Assembly (NCBI GenBank): GCA_943704425.1
Contig: CALSCP010000904.1
Coordinates: 106,897 to 170,896 of the forward strand
Origin: Ministeria vibrans ATCC 50519
Lineage: Eukaryota > Protista > Filasterea
DNA length: 64,000 bases
Direction of reading: 5' to 3'
In this document: positions 16,944 to 29,478 of the stretch, in pieces
Layout: each line of letters begins with the position of its first letter
How positions within the stretch are numbered: position 1 is the stretch's first letter
Position numbers and translations under genes: made by a program
The notes under the pieces: generated by a model
Seen by the model: only the letters and a program-made list of their open reading frames with translations
Database searches by the model: none
Told to the model about the DNA's origin: nothing

Positions 16944-17537
16944 CCACTGCCATCAGCTGTCGACACTCTCGTCGCCCCTCTTCGTCTTCATGAACCCCCC
17001 CCCCCGCCTGTAACAACAGCCCTCCTGTGGTTTGAGGCACAGCAGCGTTGCGCTCCGACCCGAGTGGAGCACGTGAAGGCGCACGTGCAGCCCCCAACTC
17101 GACAGGAAAAAACGTGGAACAACAGGGCGAACGCACTGGCCAAACGAGCTCGCGCAGCCCCGCTGGGAGCCGGGCATGCTTCCCATTGTGGCGCGATGAT
17201 TGCCTCGAGTAGACTGATGATGTACACTTGTGTAGCACGCGGTGACGGCAGAATGACACTCTGCGTGATCGACGAGCCCATTTCGGACAAGCTGACGGCG
17301 GACCTTGAGCGGCGTCTGTGGAGGGAGTGGGGCCAACACAGATCACAAGGCACGGTGGTCAGACTACCGCGAGTGGTGCGCGGCGGTGGGTCGCGGGCTC
17401 TCCCCGACAAAGCGAAGATTTCTACTTTAGCCTCAAGAAGAGGGAGCACCCATAACCCCACTAATACGCTCTCGCAGCAAGCGTACAAAGAATTCGAGGA
17501 TTTCGAAAAAGATACGCACATCCAAAGTACACTGTGA
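16944..17537 (+). mobile_element. 5'-truncated retroelement fragment encoding the C-terminal half of RNase H
   Basis: An open frame from the telomeric repeat reads SAVDTL...TRVEHVKAH...WNNRANALAK, matching the RNase HI VKxH...NxxADxLAK motif, followed by LWREWGQHRSQG. Confidence 0.65.
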
Positions 17538-17858
17538 GAGTACACACTTGCGAGACAGCAACGCCGGCAGCAGCGTGAAGCTTCCGAGACGCTTCACGTA
17601 CGGTGGCGCTCGGCGATTGAGACACCACGGTGGCAGCCTGGCGGGTAGTAGTTTCGGTGCACTTCTGGTGCACGCTTGAAAGACGCGCGAGGAGCTATCT
17701 GAGAGGCACCACGGGCTGTGCCAAATAAAAGCGCAAGGTTGAGAGCAGATGGACAAGCGGGTGCGGCGGCAATGGGAGCAGCTGTCGTTGGCAGAACATA
17801 TATATGGTGCTAATCATTGGGAAGCGAGCTACTGTAGCGCTGTGTGGGCGCTACTACT

Positions 17859-17931
17859 TAGCGCTGCCCTCACTAAACAATTGTACGCTTTTAGTAGCGC
17901 TGCCCTCACTAAACAATTCGTACGCTTTTAG
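17859..17931 (+). repeat. Two-copy 36/37-bp tandem duplication
   Basis: TAGCGCTGCCCTCACTAAACAATT(C)GTACGCTTTTAG occurs twice. Confidence 0.9.
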
Positions 17932-19033
17932 TATGAGCGCAGCGCATACGCAACGATCGAGACAAGGGGGGACCGAGTCGAGCAGAACCTTGTAAAGTGC
18001 TCCGATCCGTACACGTGGTATCACGGGTGTCCCAACGGCGGCAGCAGCCACATGTAGAGTACGTCAGACCTATGATTTATTTTGGCTGAAGCCAGGGCAG
18101 ACATGCGCGTGCGTGCGCCCTCGTCATGAGTTGGCCGCTGAGGAGTCGGGAGGCGAGTCGACGGGTGTCTTTTTGGTGCAGGACCTATAGGTAAGTGTAC
18201 CGGAGTGGCCACAGAGGGTTAAAGCGGTGCACCGTCGCGTATGGAAAGAGCGCCAGCGATGGCTTTGAGCGAAACTGTAAACTACTGAGCGATGATCAAA
18301 GACGAAAAAAAAAAGCGTGCCGTCTTCGATCAATGCGCAGGAGGCCGGCCACAAGAAAATACGCTCGCGAGCCGGCGTTGGGGAAGGTACACATACATAC
18401 GTGCGTACGGAGGGTGCAGGGTTATATATTTAGGGGGGTTAATTGGTGAGGCCCCTGCCGAGCGAGCGTTGTTTTTGGAAACGCATTGGGCAATCCAAAT
18501 TTTCGCACCCATCCAAAAATTAAAGCGGCCACTCCGCCCTTTGCAGGCCTATAATTATAACTATAAGGAGCCAAAGCGGACGTTCCAACCCCTTAAACTT
18601 GCATGTGGAGCTAGGCCGTTACCAAGGTAATTAGTGTATAATATATAATATAATTTGTATTGTAAATGATACATAGCATTTCCGCAGCAGCAGGATTTTG
18701 AACTAAAAATCTCCCACAAGAAAGCGAAAGGCTAAAGACGTAGGGATTTCGAGAGAGAGAGTTGAACAGGTAAATTTTAGATCTGGCCGGAACAGGGAAA
18801 AAGAAAGGGTAGGGGTAATTCGATTCGTAGTATAAGCGGCCGCCGCCAGCTGCAGGGGTTGCTGTTGGTGCCGCTATCACTCTCTGTATGTAGTGATGTC
18901 TCAAAAGACTGCTTTCATTTGCAGTAGCCATGGCCACCGTATCCTTCTTTACTTGCATAGGGGCGGCAGTGTGGTGCGTCATGCCAGAGAATCAACACCG
19001 GGGAAGTGCGACTGATTAGGCGGCGTACGTTCC

Positions 19034-19066
<33 letters not shown>

Positions 19067-19126
19067 TATTATTATTATTATTATTATTATTAATTTTTTT
19101 CATTAATATATAACAATAATAATACT

Positions 19127-21813
19127 TTAATCGAGCTCTGCAATGGTATGAACAATGTCGGTAAAGGAAGGACGATGGGCGGGCATGGGGTCCCAGGCGG
19201 ACACAATGAGGGCGCGGAGGGCGGGCGGGGCAGCCGAGAAGGACGCCAGCGATGGTCGGTAGCCCCGTACGACGGAGGACGCCACGTCGGACAGCGCTAC
19301 TTCCGCAAAGGGCAGTGTGCGCGACACAATCTCGTACAAGACAATGGCGTAAGAGTACACGTCGGATGCCATCACAAATTCGTTGCCACGGATTACTTCA
19401 GGCGCTAAAAGGGAACGTTTCAGAGATGGAAAATTGAACGGAAAGTTCGGAGATTCAGAGCTTACCACTCCATAAGAGCGACCCGACACCCATCGTTGTG
19501 ACTCCCGCGTGTCCAATAGCATGACTCGTCCTTGAGCTCGCAAATTCGTCTCCGGGTCCTGCCAGTGCACTGAGCTCATGCTCTTCCATCGTCCCAGTCT
19601 GATGCGGTTGTTGTGCCTGCGCCGTCGCACTCGCCAGTTTACTTGAGCCCAAGTCTGCAATCTTACATGTCCATTTCGAATCAACTAACACATTTTCGCC
19701 CTTGAGATCACGATGAAGGTACGATCGCGAATGAAGGAAGCGCATTCCCCTGAAAACAACATCACAAAAAAGTTTTTAATCATAATAAGAATAATTTTCT
19801 TGGCACGTACCTGGCAATGTCAAGGGCAAAACGAGCCACGAGCGCATAAGGGACATCAACAGTCGGATCGTCAAGCACAGCGCGCAGTGAACCGCGCTCC
19901 ATGTACTCAAGCACAAGAAAGGGCGCACCGCCCTCGCCGCCCCCACCCCCCGCCCTGTCCTCCTTCTGCACGCCTGCTCCGTAGAATAGCACAATGTTTT
20001 CGTGTCGCAGACCTCGAAGAAAATTCACTTCTTTGGCAAACTCAACGCCAGATTGTTCGTCCGTCTCAAGCACAGCAGAGTTAAGCTGAAAAGCAAACAG
20101 TATCAGCTTCATTAAAATTTGACATGTTGTTTATACCATTTTGACTGCAACTTGACGACCAAGCCAGAGAGCGCGCCAGACAGTACCAAATGCGCCCTGA
20201 CCAATGCGGTCGGTGAGGGTGAGATCGCGCTCGCTAATGCTCCAGAGTTGCTCAAGAAAGCGCACCTGCTGGTCACGATCGTCCAGCAGACGTGTGTACA
20301 GCGCCGACTGGTGCTGCTGCGCACGGCGCACGCGCCGACGCACCAACACGGCAGCAACAAGAGCCACAAGTACTGCAGCGGCAGCAACGCCCCCACCCAC
20401 CTCGACGGGCGTGCGATCGGGAGGAACAATGCAGCCGGCGAGACCGGCCGAGGTACAGCCGTGGAGGCACTGAACGTCACAGGCCAGACACACTTCGCCT
20501 ACATGAGAATCGTAGGAGGGAAAGGTGCCTTGGACACACTCGGGCACACAGTTTGGACCGTATTCGTCAAAGTAGGAGAGTGTCGGTGGGGGACAGTGGC
20601 AAATGGCCGCCTGGGTCACATTGGCCGAATCAATGCATGTTCCATTGTACTTGGCACACGGGTGAGCCAAACACGATGTCACATACGCACACCCAGGGCC
20701 ACTAAGGCCTGCCGGACAGCACTCAGTAGGGCCTAAACGCAAAATATGTAGAGTGAGTGACTGAATGGCAGAGCGAGCCGGAGGGAGAAACAAAGTGATA
20801 GAGAGTCAGAAACAAAGTGATAAAGAGTTAGAAACAAAGTGATAGAGAGTTAGAAACAAAGTGATAAAGAGTTGGAAACAGATTGATAAAGAGTCAGAAA
20901 CAAAGTGATAAAGAGTTACAAGCAAAGTGATAGAGAGAGAGGAGGGAGGGAAAAAAAGTGATAGACAGAGAGTGTACCCGGCCCTGAGCAACCCGCAGTG
21001 CTTGACAGAAGACCCCCCGCTCCTGTTCCAAAGTTGTTGAAACACTTGGACGCACATAAAATACAAATGGGAAACATTCCATACGTCCCTATAAAGATAA
21101 ATAAATATTACAAAAGTACATGAATATGATTAAGAATTTGAGAGTGATAATTATGTGTACCGGAAGGACACATTGGGCCGGTAAAGGGATTGCCAAAGAA
21201 GCTGACAATATTAGCATAACCACAAATATATGGAAGAGCAGTGAGCTAAAGGGAAACAAACAGAATTAAATGCTGACAATCATTGTGCTTTTTTTGGACT
21301 CACTTGGTTTTCGCTTATGTCTAGTACGGTGAGTGGCTGACCAGTGATCACAGACCATTCACGAAAAGAGTCAATAGTCAGCTGATTAAAACTCAAATCA
21401 ACTGCCGAGAGATGAGAGAGAGGAGTGATGCCCAGAAAGTTGACTGAGGAGAGTGCATTGTGGCGCAGAATCAGATGGGACAGAAAGGGGCACTGCAAAG
21501 AACAATTGGAGCTGAGAAACAGGACACTTTAGTTGGTGTTCCTACTGGAACGAATAGCAACGGGTCGATGGACGAAATGCTGTTGAAGGACATGGAGAAG
21601 AAGGCAAGCGGAAATGCGAGTGCACAGGAGGAGCCAAAGAGCGGAGGGAGGGAGGATATGTTGTTGAAGTCGAGCTGAAGACTCTCGAGTGCAATCAAAC
21701 CAGCAAAGAGTCCTTCGGAGAGCGATGTCAGCTTATTGTCTATGTCATGAAACAGAGAGGGAGAAAGAGAGAAAAAGGAATATTAAATGAGAATTAATAT
21801 TACTAATTTATCA

Positions 21814-21867
<54 letters not shown>

Positions 21868-22194
21868 TATTATAAATTTATTAAAATATTTTTATGATTA
21901 TTATTTGAAGCGTACGTTGAAGGTTAAGTGACTTGAGACGCGAGAGGCCAGTAAACGTAAGCACATCAAGTGAGCTAATCAACTGCGTCGACAGATCAAG
22001 CTCAACGAGTTCTACAAACAGGACACTCTGAGTATGCACCAGACAGAGCAGCAAATTGGGTCTGGGTACGCGAGGCAATGGGGAGAAAGACAAAGGGAGC
22101 AAGAGTGGTGATGCGCCCACCGGTGACGAGGAGCGAAGCCAGGCCAGTACCTGTTGTACCGACTCCCTCAAACAGACTGGATGGCCCTACAATA

Positions 22195-22248
<54 letters not shown>

Positions 22249-24134
22249 TAATTTATTATTATTATAATTTTTTGAGTGTGCAAATTGAATCTTATGTGAC
22301 ATGTTCGCCATACCAAGAAGTTGGAAAGGACATGATTCAAGATTAAGCAAGGTCAGATTGGCAAGAGTGGCAAAAGGAAGGGAGTGCAAAAAGACATCGG
22401 AGGTGTTGGTGTTCTCGAGGTTGAGGGTAGAGAGGCCCGAGAGAGGAGTGAAAAGACCGACGGGGGGAGAGAGGTAGATGCAGAAGGAAAGATCAAGATG
22501 CGTGAGACGGGACAAGCCTGCAAAGAGGTCTGAAATAATCATAGAACACACATTCAGAGGGAATTTTGGTATAAAGGTCATTTACCGGATGGGAGACTGA
22601 CAATGGAACTAGAGGAGAGAGTGAGGAAGGAGAGGTTTGGAGTAGAGCGAAAGAAAGAGGAGGGAAGAGAGGTGAGGGGTCCGAGGGAGAGATCGAGGTA
22701 GGTGAGAAGCGGAGTGTGCGCGAGAAGAGTGGCGGGGAGGGTGGCAAAATCATTGAATTGGAGGTGGAGGGTCGTGAGGAGAGGAGTGAAGCGGAAGAGA
22801 TTGGCAGGAACAGAGGGAATGTTGGCCGAGTTAAAGTTGACATGTTGCAGACGGGGAGTCGAGGCAAACGTGGCGTTGGTGAGCGATGCGCCAATTGGTA
22901 CTTCGATTGCATTGATTGTTGTGAGGTTGACAAGGTTGGCAAATGAATTGTCAATGAATATGATGTCGAAGGTGGCATATTCGGACGTGGTAAGGCTCAG
23001 TGCTAATTGAAAACGTTAAATCAGGTCTTTCTTTTTCTACTTTCGACGACTCTTACTTTCAAGGGCGGTGAGATTAGAAAATGAGAAGGGAGGCAAAAAT
23101 CCAGATGAAGAGAGGGAGAGGGAGCGCACTGCGGAGAGGTTGCTGCTGAAGAAAGTGTCCATGGGAACGGGGACGAGGTTAAAGACGAGGGTGAGGCTTT
23201 CGAGCGCATGATTGTAGCAGCCAAAGACACCACTTTCGCTATCAATGGTGAGCGTGGGGACTTCGAGGTTGAGCGACTGCAAGAGTGTCAGGGGTTCGAG
23301 AGCGCTGACGGGGAAGGGGGGTACAGGCGAGGAAGGTCTGTAGCGGAAACTCAACGAGAGTGAGCGCAAGCTATGACGCATAGGATTAAAAGAATCGGGA
23401 TCTATGCTGGTGTCGAGAGCAATGCCCAGCTGGAGTTGCTCGAGAAGAACTAAGGAGGCGGTGTCGGCCGATGAGAGTGTTGGGACGTAAAGTCCAGTCC
23501 ATTGGAGCACACGAAGCGACGTGAGACCGTCAAAAAAGCCGTTGAGCGACCCCTGTGCAGCAGTTACCTCGTTCGAATCAAGATTGATGAGCTCCAGCTG
23601 GCTCGTATTGTTGAAGAAGCCTCGGGCGACCGGATGTTGTAGCACTGTGCGCGAAGCGTCAAAGACACGCAGCGATGGAGTGTGCGCCAGTAGACGCGGC
23701 GGCAACACCACCAACTGTGTGTTATCAATGTACAGCGCCTGTAGATGCAAGCTCGAAGCGAGCATGTCGTTATTGAGGCCGTCAGAGAGTGGGTTGTTTG
23801 ACAGTCGCAGCGTCTCAAGCAACACCAGCGGCTTGAGCGTTGTAGGATCGATGGAGAGCAGGCTGTTGTCGCTCACATCGAGGGTGCGTAGAGATGAGCC
23901 ATTTCCGGGGAAAGGTGCGAGATACTGAAGGGCATTTCGCGAGAGGTTGAGCGAGACAATACTCGCGTGGGTGTCAAGATTCAGCTGGAGCGTTGACGAG
24001 ATTCCACGCGCTGAGCAGTTCACAGCGAGGCCACCGGGCGGGTCTGTGCTTGGCGAACAATCACACAGAGAACAGATGTCTGCTGTGACTAGTGCTGCGA
24101 GGGTGAGCGCGACACACAGCGTCCGCTGGTACAT
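19127..24134 (-). CDS. LRR-EGF/furin-like receptor protein kinase (TKL group)
   Basis: Signal peptide and LRRNT (CSLCDC...VNCSARG), many LxxLxLxxN repeats, Cys-rich EGF/furin-like modules, TM (VAAAAVLVALVAAVLV-RRR), then kinase motifs GQGAFG, VAVK, HRDLKGEN, DLG, APE and SDVYSY. Confidence 0.9.
20786..20965. repeat. Intronic minisatellite of about 21-bp units
   Basis: Tandem AGAAACAAAGTGATA(G/A)AGAGT(C/T) units. Confidence 0.85.
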
Positions 24135-24419
24135 CTCCCAATGAGGTGGATGGGCAAGTAAAATGGTTTGATTTGAGTAGAAGACGAGTATTTCAATTAA
24201 TGGGTTGTATTCTTCTTCATCTTCTGCGAGTTCTGTCTGAGTGACAACGGGGTTACGGCAGGCCGGCACCTCGGTCAGTTGGGTATGGGAGAGGGTGAAT
24301 TTCTTTCCCGAAAGAAAGATACCTGATACCTTATCTCCCCTCTAGGACTCGAATTATCATTTGATATAGGCTCTGATCAATCATTTAAAATTTAATTTTT
24401 TTTAGTTGTCTTTGTTTCA

Positions 24420-25356
24420 ATGACCTCCTTACGAGAGGTGGTGTCAACACGTCTCCCCGTGCGGTATGGCGCCGATTTTACAATGCGCCTTTTTCGCACC
24501 GAGTCGGTAAGTGAGCTCAGACGTGAAAAAATATAACGTGATCAACGGCCTTTGGCGATGTAGGACGGCGGAAAAGACCACATTGCCATGTGTTTGGGAC
24601 AAATCGACGGCAAGGAGAACGTTCTCGCGCGCGTTCACTCAGAGTGTTTCACTGGCGAAGTAAGAGAGCCATTTTCATTCATGTCTCTCTTCTCTTTCCT
24701 TCTCTCTTTCTCTCTCTCTCTCACACACACAATACACACTCTGTCTCTCTCGATCTGTCTCACTCTTTCCCGATCTGTCTCTGCAGGTGATGGGCAGCGA
24801 ACGATGCGACTGTGGAGACCAGCTTGATGAGGCACTAAGATTAATCGTGCAGAATGGTTCGGGGGTGCTCTTGTATCTGCGTCAGGAAGGTCGTGGCATT
24901 GGTCTCGCACAAAAACTACGGTACAATCCAACTTATCAAGTCAATTTCAACTCTGATCCCCCTCATTACACAGATCGTACGTCTTGCAAGACGACGGCGC
25001 AGACACCGTGACGGCCAACACAATGTTGGGACATCGTGATGACGAACGCGACTACGAGATTGCAGCGGAAATGTTTCGTCTACTTGGCGTCGTGTCGATT
25101 CGTCTGCTCACCAACAATCCACGGAAGGTGTTGGATCTTACAGAACGAGGAGTGTGCATCAGTGAGTCGTGTCCGCTTGTACCGACGGGAATCATTTCTC
25201 ACGAGAAGATGCGCTATCTCAAGACCAAAATCGAAAAGCTCGATCACAGCATGTCGTTGGAGGACCTCTCAACCGTTACATGGTTCTCCAAACTGAGTTT
25301 GTGCAATCCACAACTCTTGACACCCTCCTTGGGTGCCCATGACCACCACCACTACC

Positions 25357-25393
<37 letters not shown>

Positions 25394-26137
25394 CCGCATT
25401 CATGTGACAGTGACCTATGCACAGAGTATGGATGGTGTCATTGGTCTGCGCGACACCGATGAACGACTCATTCTGAGCGGACGCGAGTCGTTCACACTGA
25501 CTCACCGACTGCGAGCGAGTCACGATGCCATTCTTGTGGGCATTGGAACGCTACTGGCCGACGATCCGCGTCTCAGTGCTCGTCTCAACAGCGATCACGA
25601 CATGGTTGAAAGTGAAAGCGACGCAGACCCGTCACTCAGCCAGCCACTGCCCATTGTGCTTGACTCACACCTGCGCACTCCCACCTCAGCGCGTCTCTTG
25701 CGCCGCCACCCCCTAATCGCCTGCAACCACAGTGCATCGTCCGAGCGCCAGTCTGCCCTGGAGGCAGCAGGCGCGCGAATTGTGCGTCTGCCATGCGACC
25801 CTGCTGGAACTCTCCTCTCTCTCACTGCGCTTCTCTCGCATCTCCATCAACACACATCTGTGCGCTCGCTCATGGTTGAGGGTGGTGCGTCCGTCATTCG
25901 ATCATTCCTCGCCGCCCCCAACTTAGTCAGTGCGCTCGTTGTGACCACTGCGCCTCTCTTCGCCTCACAGGCCGATGCAGTCGTTGTAAGAAGAAGGTCA
26001 TGGCCATTGCATACACGGTCTCATTTCTTATTATATAGATTGGGAACATGAGCGGGCTGTTCCGGATGCGCGACGTGGTCTACGAGCGCTACGGCAACGA
26101 CAGCGTCCTCTTTGCACACGTTGTTGCCCCTTTGTAA
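24420..26137 (+). CDS. ribA: Fused GTP cyclohydrolase II (RibA/Rib1) and RibD C-terminal/Rib7-type pyrimidine reductase
   Basis: [10 protein letters not shown]|[30 protein letters not shown] and YLKTK run in the same exon into [40 protein letters not shown] and LMVEGGA. Confidence 0.92.
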
Positions 26138-26179
26138 CATTAACTTCATCGCAATAAAAATGTACTCATCAGTCATCAT

Positions 26180-27824
26180 TTACTTGGGACCTTTCCCTTT
26201 GCCCTTGTGCTTGACAGGAGTGCTCTGCGTGGCCGCCCATGCGTCGTACACGCGTGTTGCGTGCTCCTTTGCGGCCTTGTTTGCGTGTTTCCCGCTCAGG
26301 GCCTCGCCCGCATCGACTGCCTGTGCATTGACAATGTCCAACCAGTCACTGCGCGTGCGCGAGAAGAACCCTTCGCTCGTCTCGCCTGCCTGTGGCTCAG
26401 GCAGCGGCAGTGCTTGCGCCGCCCGTGTCGCCGGCCCAACCTCATCCTCCTCTGATTCGTCCGAATCGTCCGACTCGTCGGATTCCTCTCCCGTTCCCTC
26501 AACGTTTTCCCATTCATCGTCTTCGTCCGAGTCAATTACCCGCCCCAAATTCTTCAGCGTCTCTTCATCAAGCGCCACCAAACATCGCCACTCTACACAC
26601 CGTATTATCATCATAAAAATAGAAAAAAAAATCATTATAATAATAATAAAAATCATAAAAACAATAATATTAGTACCATCCAACTTGCTCAGGTCCAATT
26701 GCCAGAGATCCCCCAGAGTGACCTCACGCGCACCCGCATCAACTAGACCCCCATGAAGATAGGCAGTGTTACCAATAACGGCGAGCTTGGCATTGAACCG
26801 CGCAACGGGCCAGGCCTTGCGCTCACCAGACGCTTCTCCAGTGCCCTCCTCGTCAACATGGTCGCCATCTGCCTCTTCGCCGCGCAGTCGCACGGGATAC
26901 CACTTGTGTGTGCTCAAGTTGTACACGTGCATATCGTTAAAGTACTCCGACTGCAAGTCCGACTCCTCGCCCGGATCCGAGTCGCACACTCCGCCAAAGA
27001 CGTACAGTCGATCGCGCCACTGTGCACTCGCTGCCCCAGAACGTGCTCTTGGTGGCGTCCCTCCTCGCTTCATTTTGCTCCACAGCGCTCCGTTCACGTC
27101 CAGCTGCCACATGTCATCGTAGACGGCCGTCTGTTCGCTCGCCGCGCCCTTGACAGTTTCCTTGTGGTACCCACCATACAGACACACGGTGCTTTCGCCG
27201 GTGAACAAATGGCAGGCTGATCGCGGTGACGGTGCGGTCTGCAGCTTCATCTATAGCAAACAAGACAAACCAGTTTTTCAAACCAGTTTTTATTCACATA
27301 AATGAGAGGGAAAGAAAGGGTACCTTTGGGAGCCAGACGTGGTTGTCCAGGTCGAACACATGGACATCAGAGAAGAATTGACTGTTGATTCCGTCTGAGT
27401 CTTGAAATCCGCCGTACACGTAGAGACAGTGCTTGTGCACTGTCATGCGATGTCCACTGCGCGCACTTGGTCCTCCCTTTGCGTCAATCTATGGCTTATA
27501 TGCGTGAGCAGCAGAAGAACAAACGGAAAAGCGGGGAATCTTTTTTACCTTGGTCCAGGCGTTGTCTTTGAGGGAGAGCATCCACAAATCGCGGAAGTGC
27601 TTGAACTGCAAGCCTGACGGTGACGTAAATTCCCCACCAAACAGCCACATTTGACCGCCCATTCGATCGATAGCAACCGCTTGGTGTGATGTACGAGGTG
27701 CCGGCGAGTTGCGTGAACTCACACGAGTGTACTCGAGTTTGTTCAATTTGAGATAGTACAAGTCGTTGCTGCACAAAATCCGATCGCCATTCACCTCTTC
27801 GCCCCCGAAAATGATCAGTTCTTC
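26180..27824 (-). CDS. KLHDC4: Kelch domain-containing protein 4 (Kel3-like); 5' part absent from the assembly
   Basis: ELIIFGGE, WLFGGEFTSPSGLQFKHFRDLW, repeated FGG/YGG kelch blades, and C-terminal PEPQAGETSEGFFSRTRSDW. Confidence 0.88.
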
Positions 27825-27887
27825 CTACAAGGAACAAGGGTATGACCAACCATAGCGCAGAAGCAACGACGAATAGAAAAGTTCAAC

Positions 27888-27933
<46 letters not shown>

Positions 27934-27977
27934 TTCAAGAGAGAGAGAGAGAGAGAGAGTTCAAGAGAGAGAGAGTT

Positions 27978-28024
<47 letters not shown>

Positions 28025-28197
28025 GGAGAAAGAAACAAAGTGATAGAGAGAGAGAGAGCGAGAGAGAGAGAGAGAGAGAGAGGAGGGAGGGAGAAACAAA
28101 GTGATAGAGAGAGAGAGAGAGAGCAAGAAAGGAGGAAGAATGAACAACGTGACAAAGAGAGAGAGAGAGAGCGATTGATTGTGTGCTTTTTTTTTAG

Positions 28198-29419
28198 CTG
28201 ATGGTTGCGGAAGCACTGAACATTGTGACAGAGAAGTACTTTGCCATTCTGTTGGACCGTGGTGCGCAGGCACCCGTGATTGTGGCGAGCCAAGACGGCG
28301 GTGTGGACATTGAACAGGTACCAAACACACAGTCAAAGTGTCAGATCTCGACGTAGCGCTGAAAAACTCCTTTGCTCCTTCTAGGTGGCGGAGGACACAC
28401 CCGATCGGATTTTTAAAGAGGCAATCGACATTGAATTGGGACTGACGGACGAGCAGGCGCAGCGGTGTGCCAAGGCGCTGGGGTTTGAAGGGGCCAACCT
28501 GAGCGAGGCGGCCAAGCAGATGCAGCGCCTGTACGGGATGTTCACAGCCGTTGATGCGACACAGGTCGAGATCAACCCTCTGGGCGAGACCGACGACGGT
28601 CGTGTCGTGTGCTTTGATGCCAAGGTTAACTTTGATGATAACGCCGAGGTGAGTTGCAATATCACGCACACATACACACACACACACACACACAATTTGT
28701 ATTAATTGACTGTGGGTGTAGTACCGACAAAAGGAGATTTTCAGCATGCGCGATACTCGCGAGGAAGACGCACGAGAGGTCGAGGCTCAGGCTGTAAGAA
28801 ACTCTGGATCTGTTTTGTATGTATGTATGTGTGTGTTGAACTGACTGGCTTGCGCTGAATGGACTTAGGCGGGACTCAACTTTATTGGAATGACTGGTAA
28901 CATTGGGTGTCTGGTCAACGGCGCAGGACTGGCCATGGCCACAATGGACATCATCAAGGTACATACGCAGTCATAATCACTTGCTCCCACTTACTCACTC
29001 GGTTGCTCCCGTAGTTCAACGGAGGAGAGCCGGCCAACTTCCTTGACCTGGGCGGTGGCGTGCAGGAGAGCCAGGTGACGGATGCCTTCCGCATCATCGT
29101 TGCCGACACGCAGGTGCAGGCCATTCTCGTCAACATTTTTGGCGGCATTGTCGACTGCGCTGTCGTCGCCCGTGGCATCATTGCAGCCTGCCAAAAGGTC
29201 GACCTCAAGCTGCCTCTGGTTGTCCGTCTCGCCGGCACCAACGTCGACGAGGCCCGCACACTCCTCAAGTCCAGTCCCGTCCAGATTATCTCAGCGTAAA
29301 TCTATATTACTACTGCATCGAAAATCGCTCCCATCATTCATTCCCCTCTCTATCTTTTGCACCGTAGTGAGTCTCTGGGTGAGGCGGCCGAGGCGGTTGT
29401 GGCAACGCTCAAGAAGTAG
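28198..29419 (+). CDS. SUCLG2: Succinyl-CoA ligase beta subunit (GDP-forming-like); 5' part absent
   Basis: LMVAEAL...[66 protein letters not shown] and VRLAGTN. Confidence 0.92.
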
Positions 29420-29478
29420 AACAAAAAATGAAGACAAAATATTGATTGATTGAAAGAGAATAAAAGGTATTTTTCTTG

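Noticed and set aside
18213-18222. AGAGGGTTAA resembling a piggyBac end
   Set aside because: No matching left end or transposase was seen.
20786-20965. Regularly spaced repeats as a CRISPR-like array
   Set aside because: There are no unique spacers or cas genes; it is an intronic minisatellite in a eukaryotic gene.
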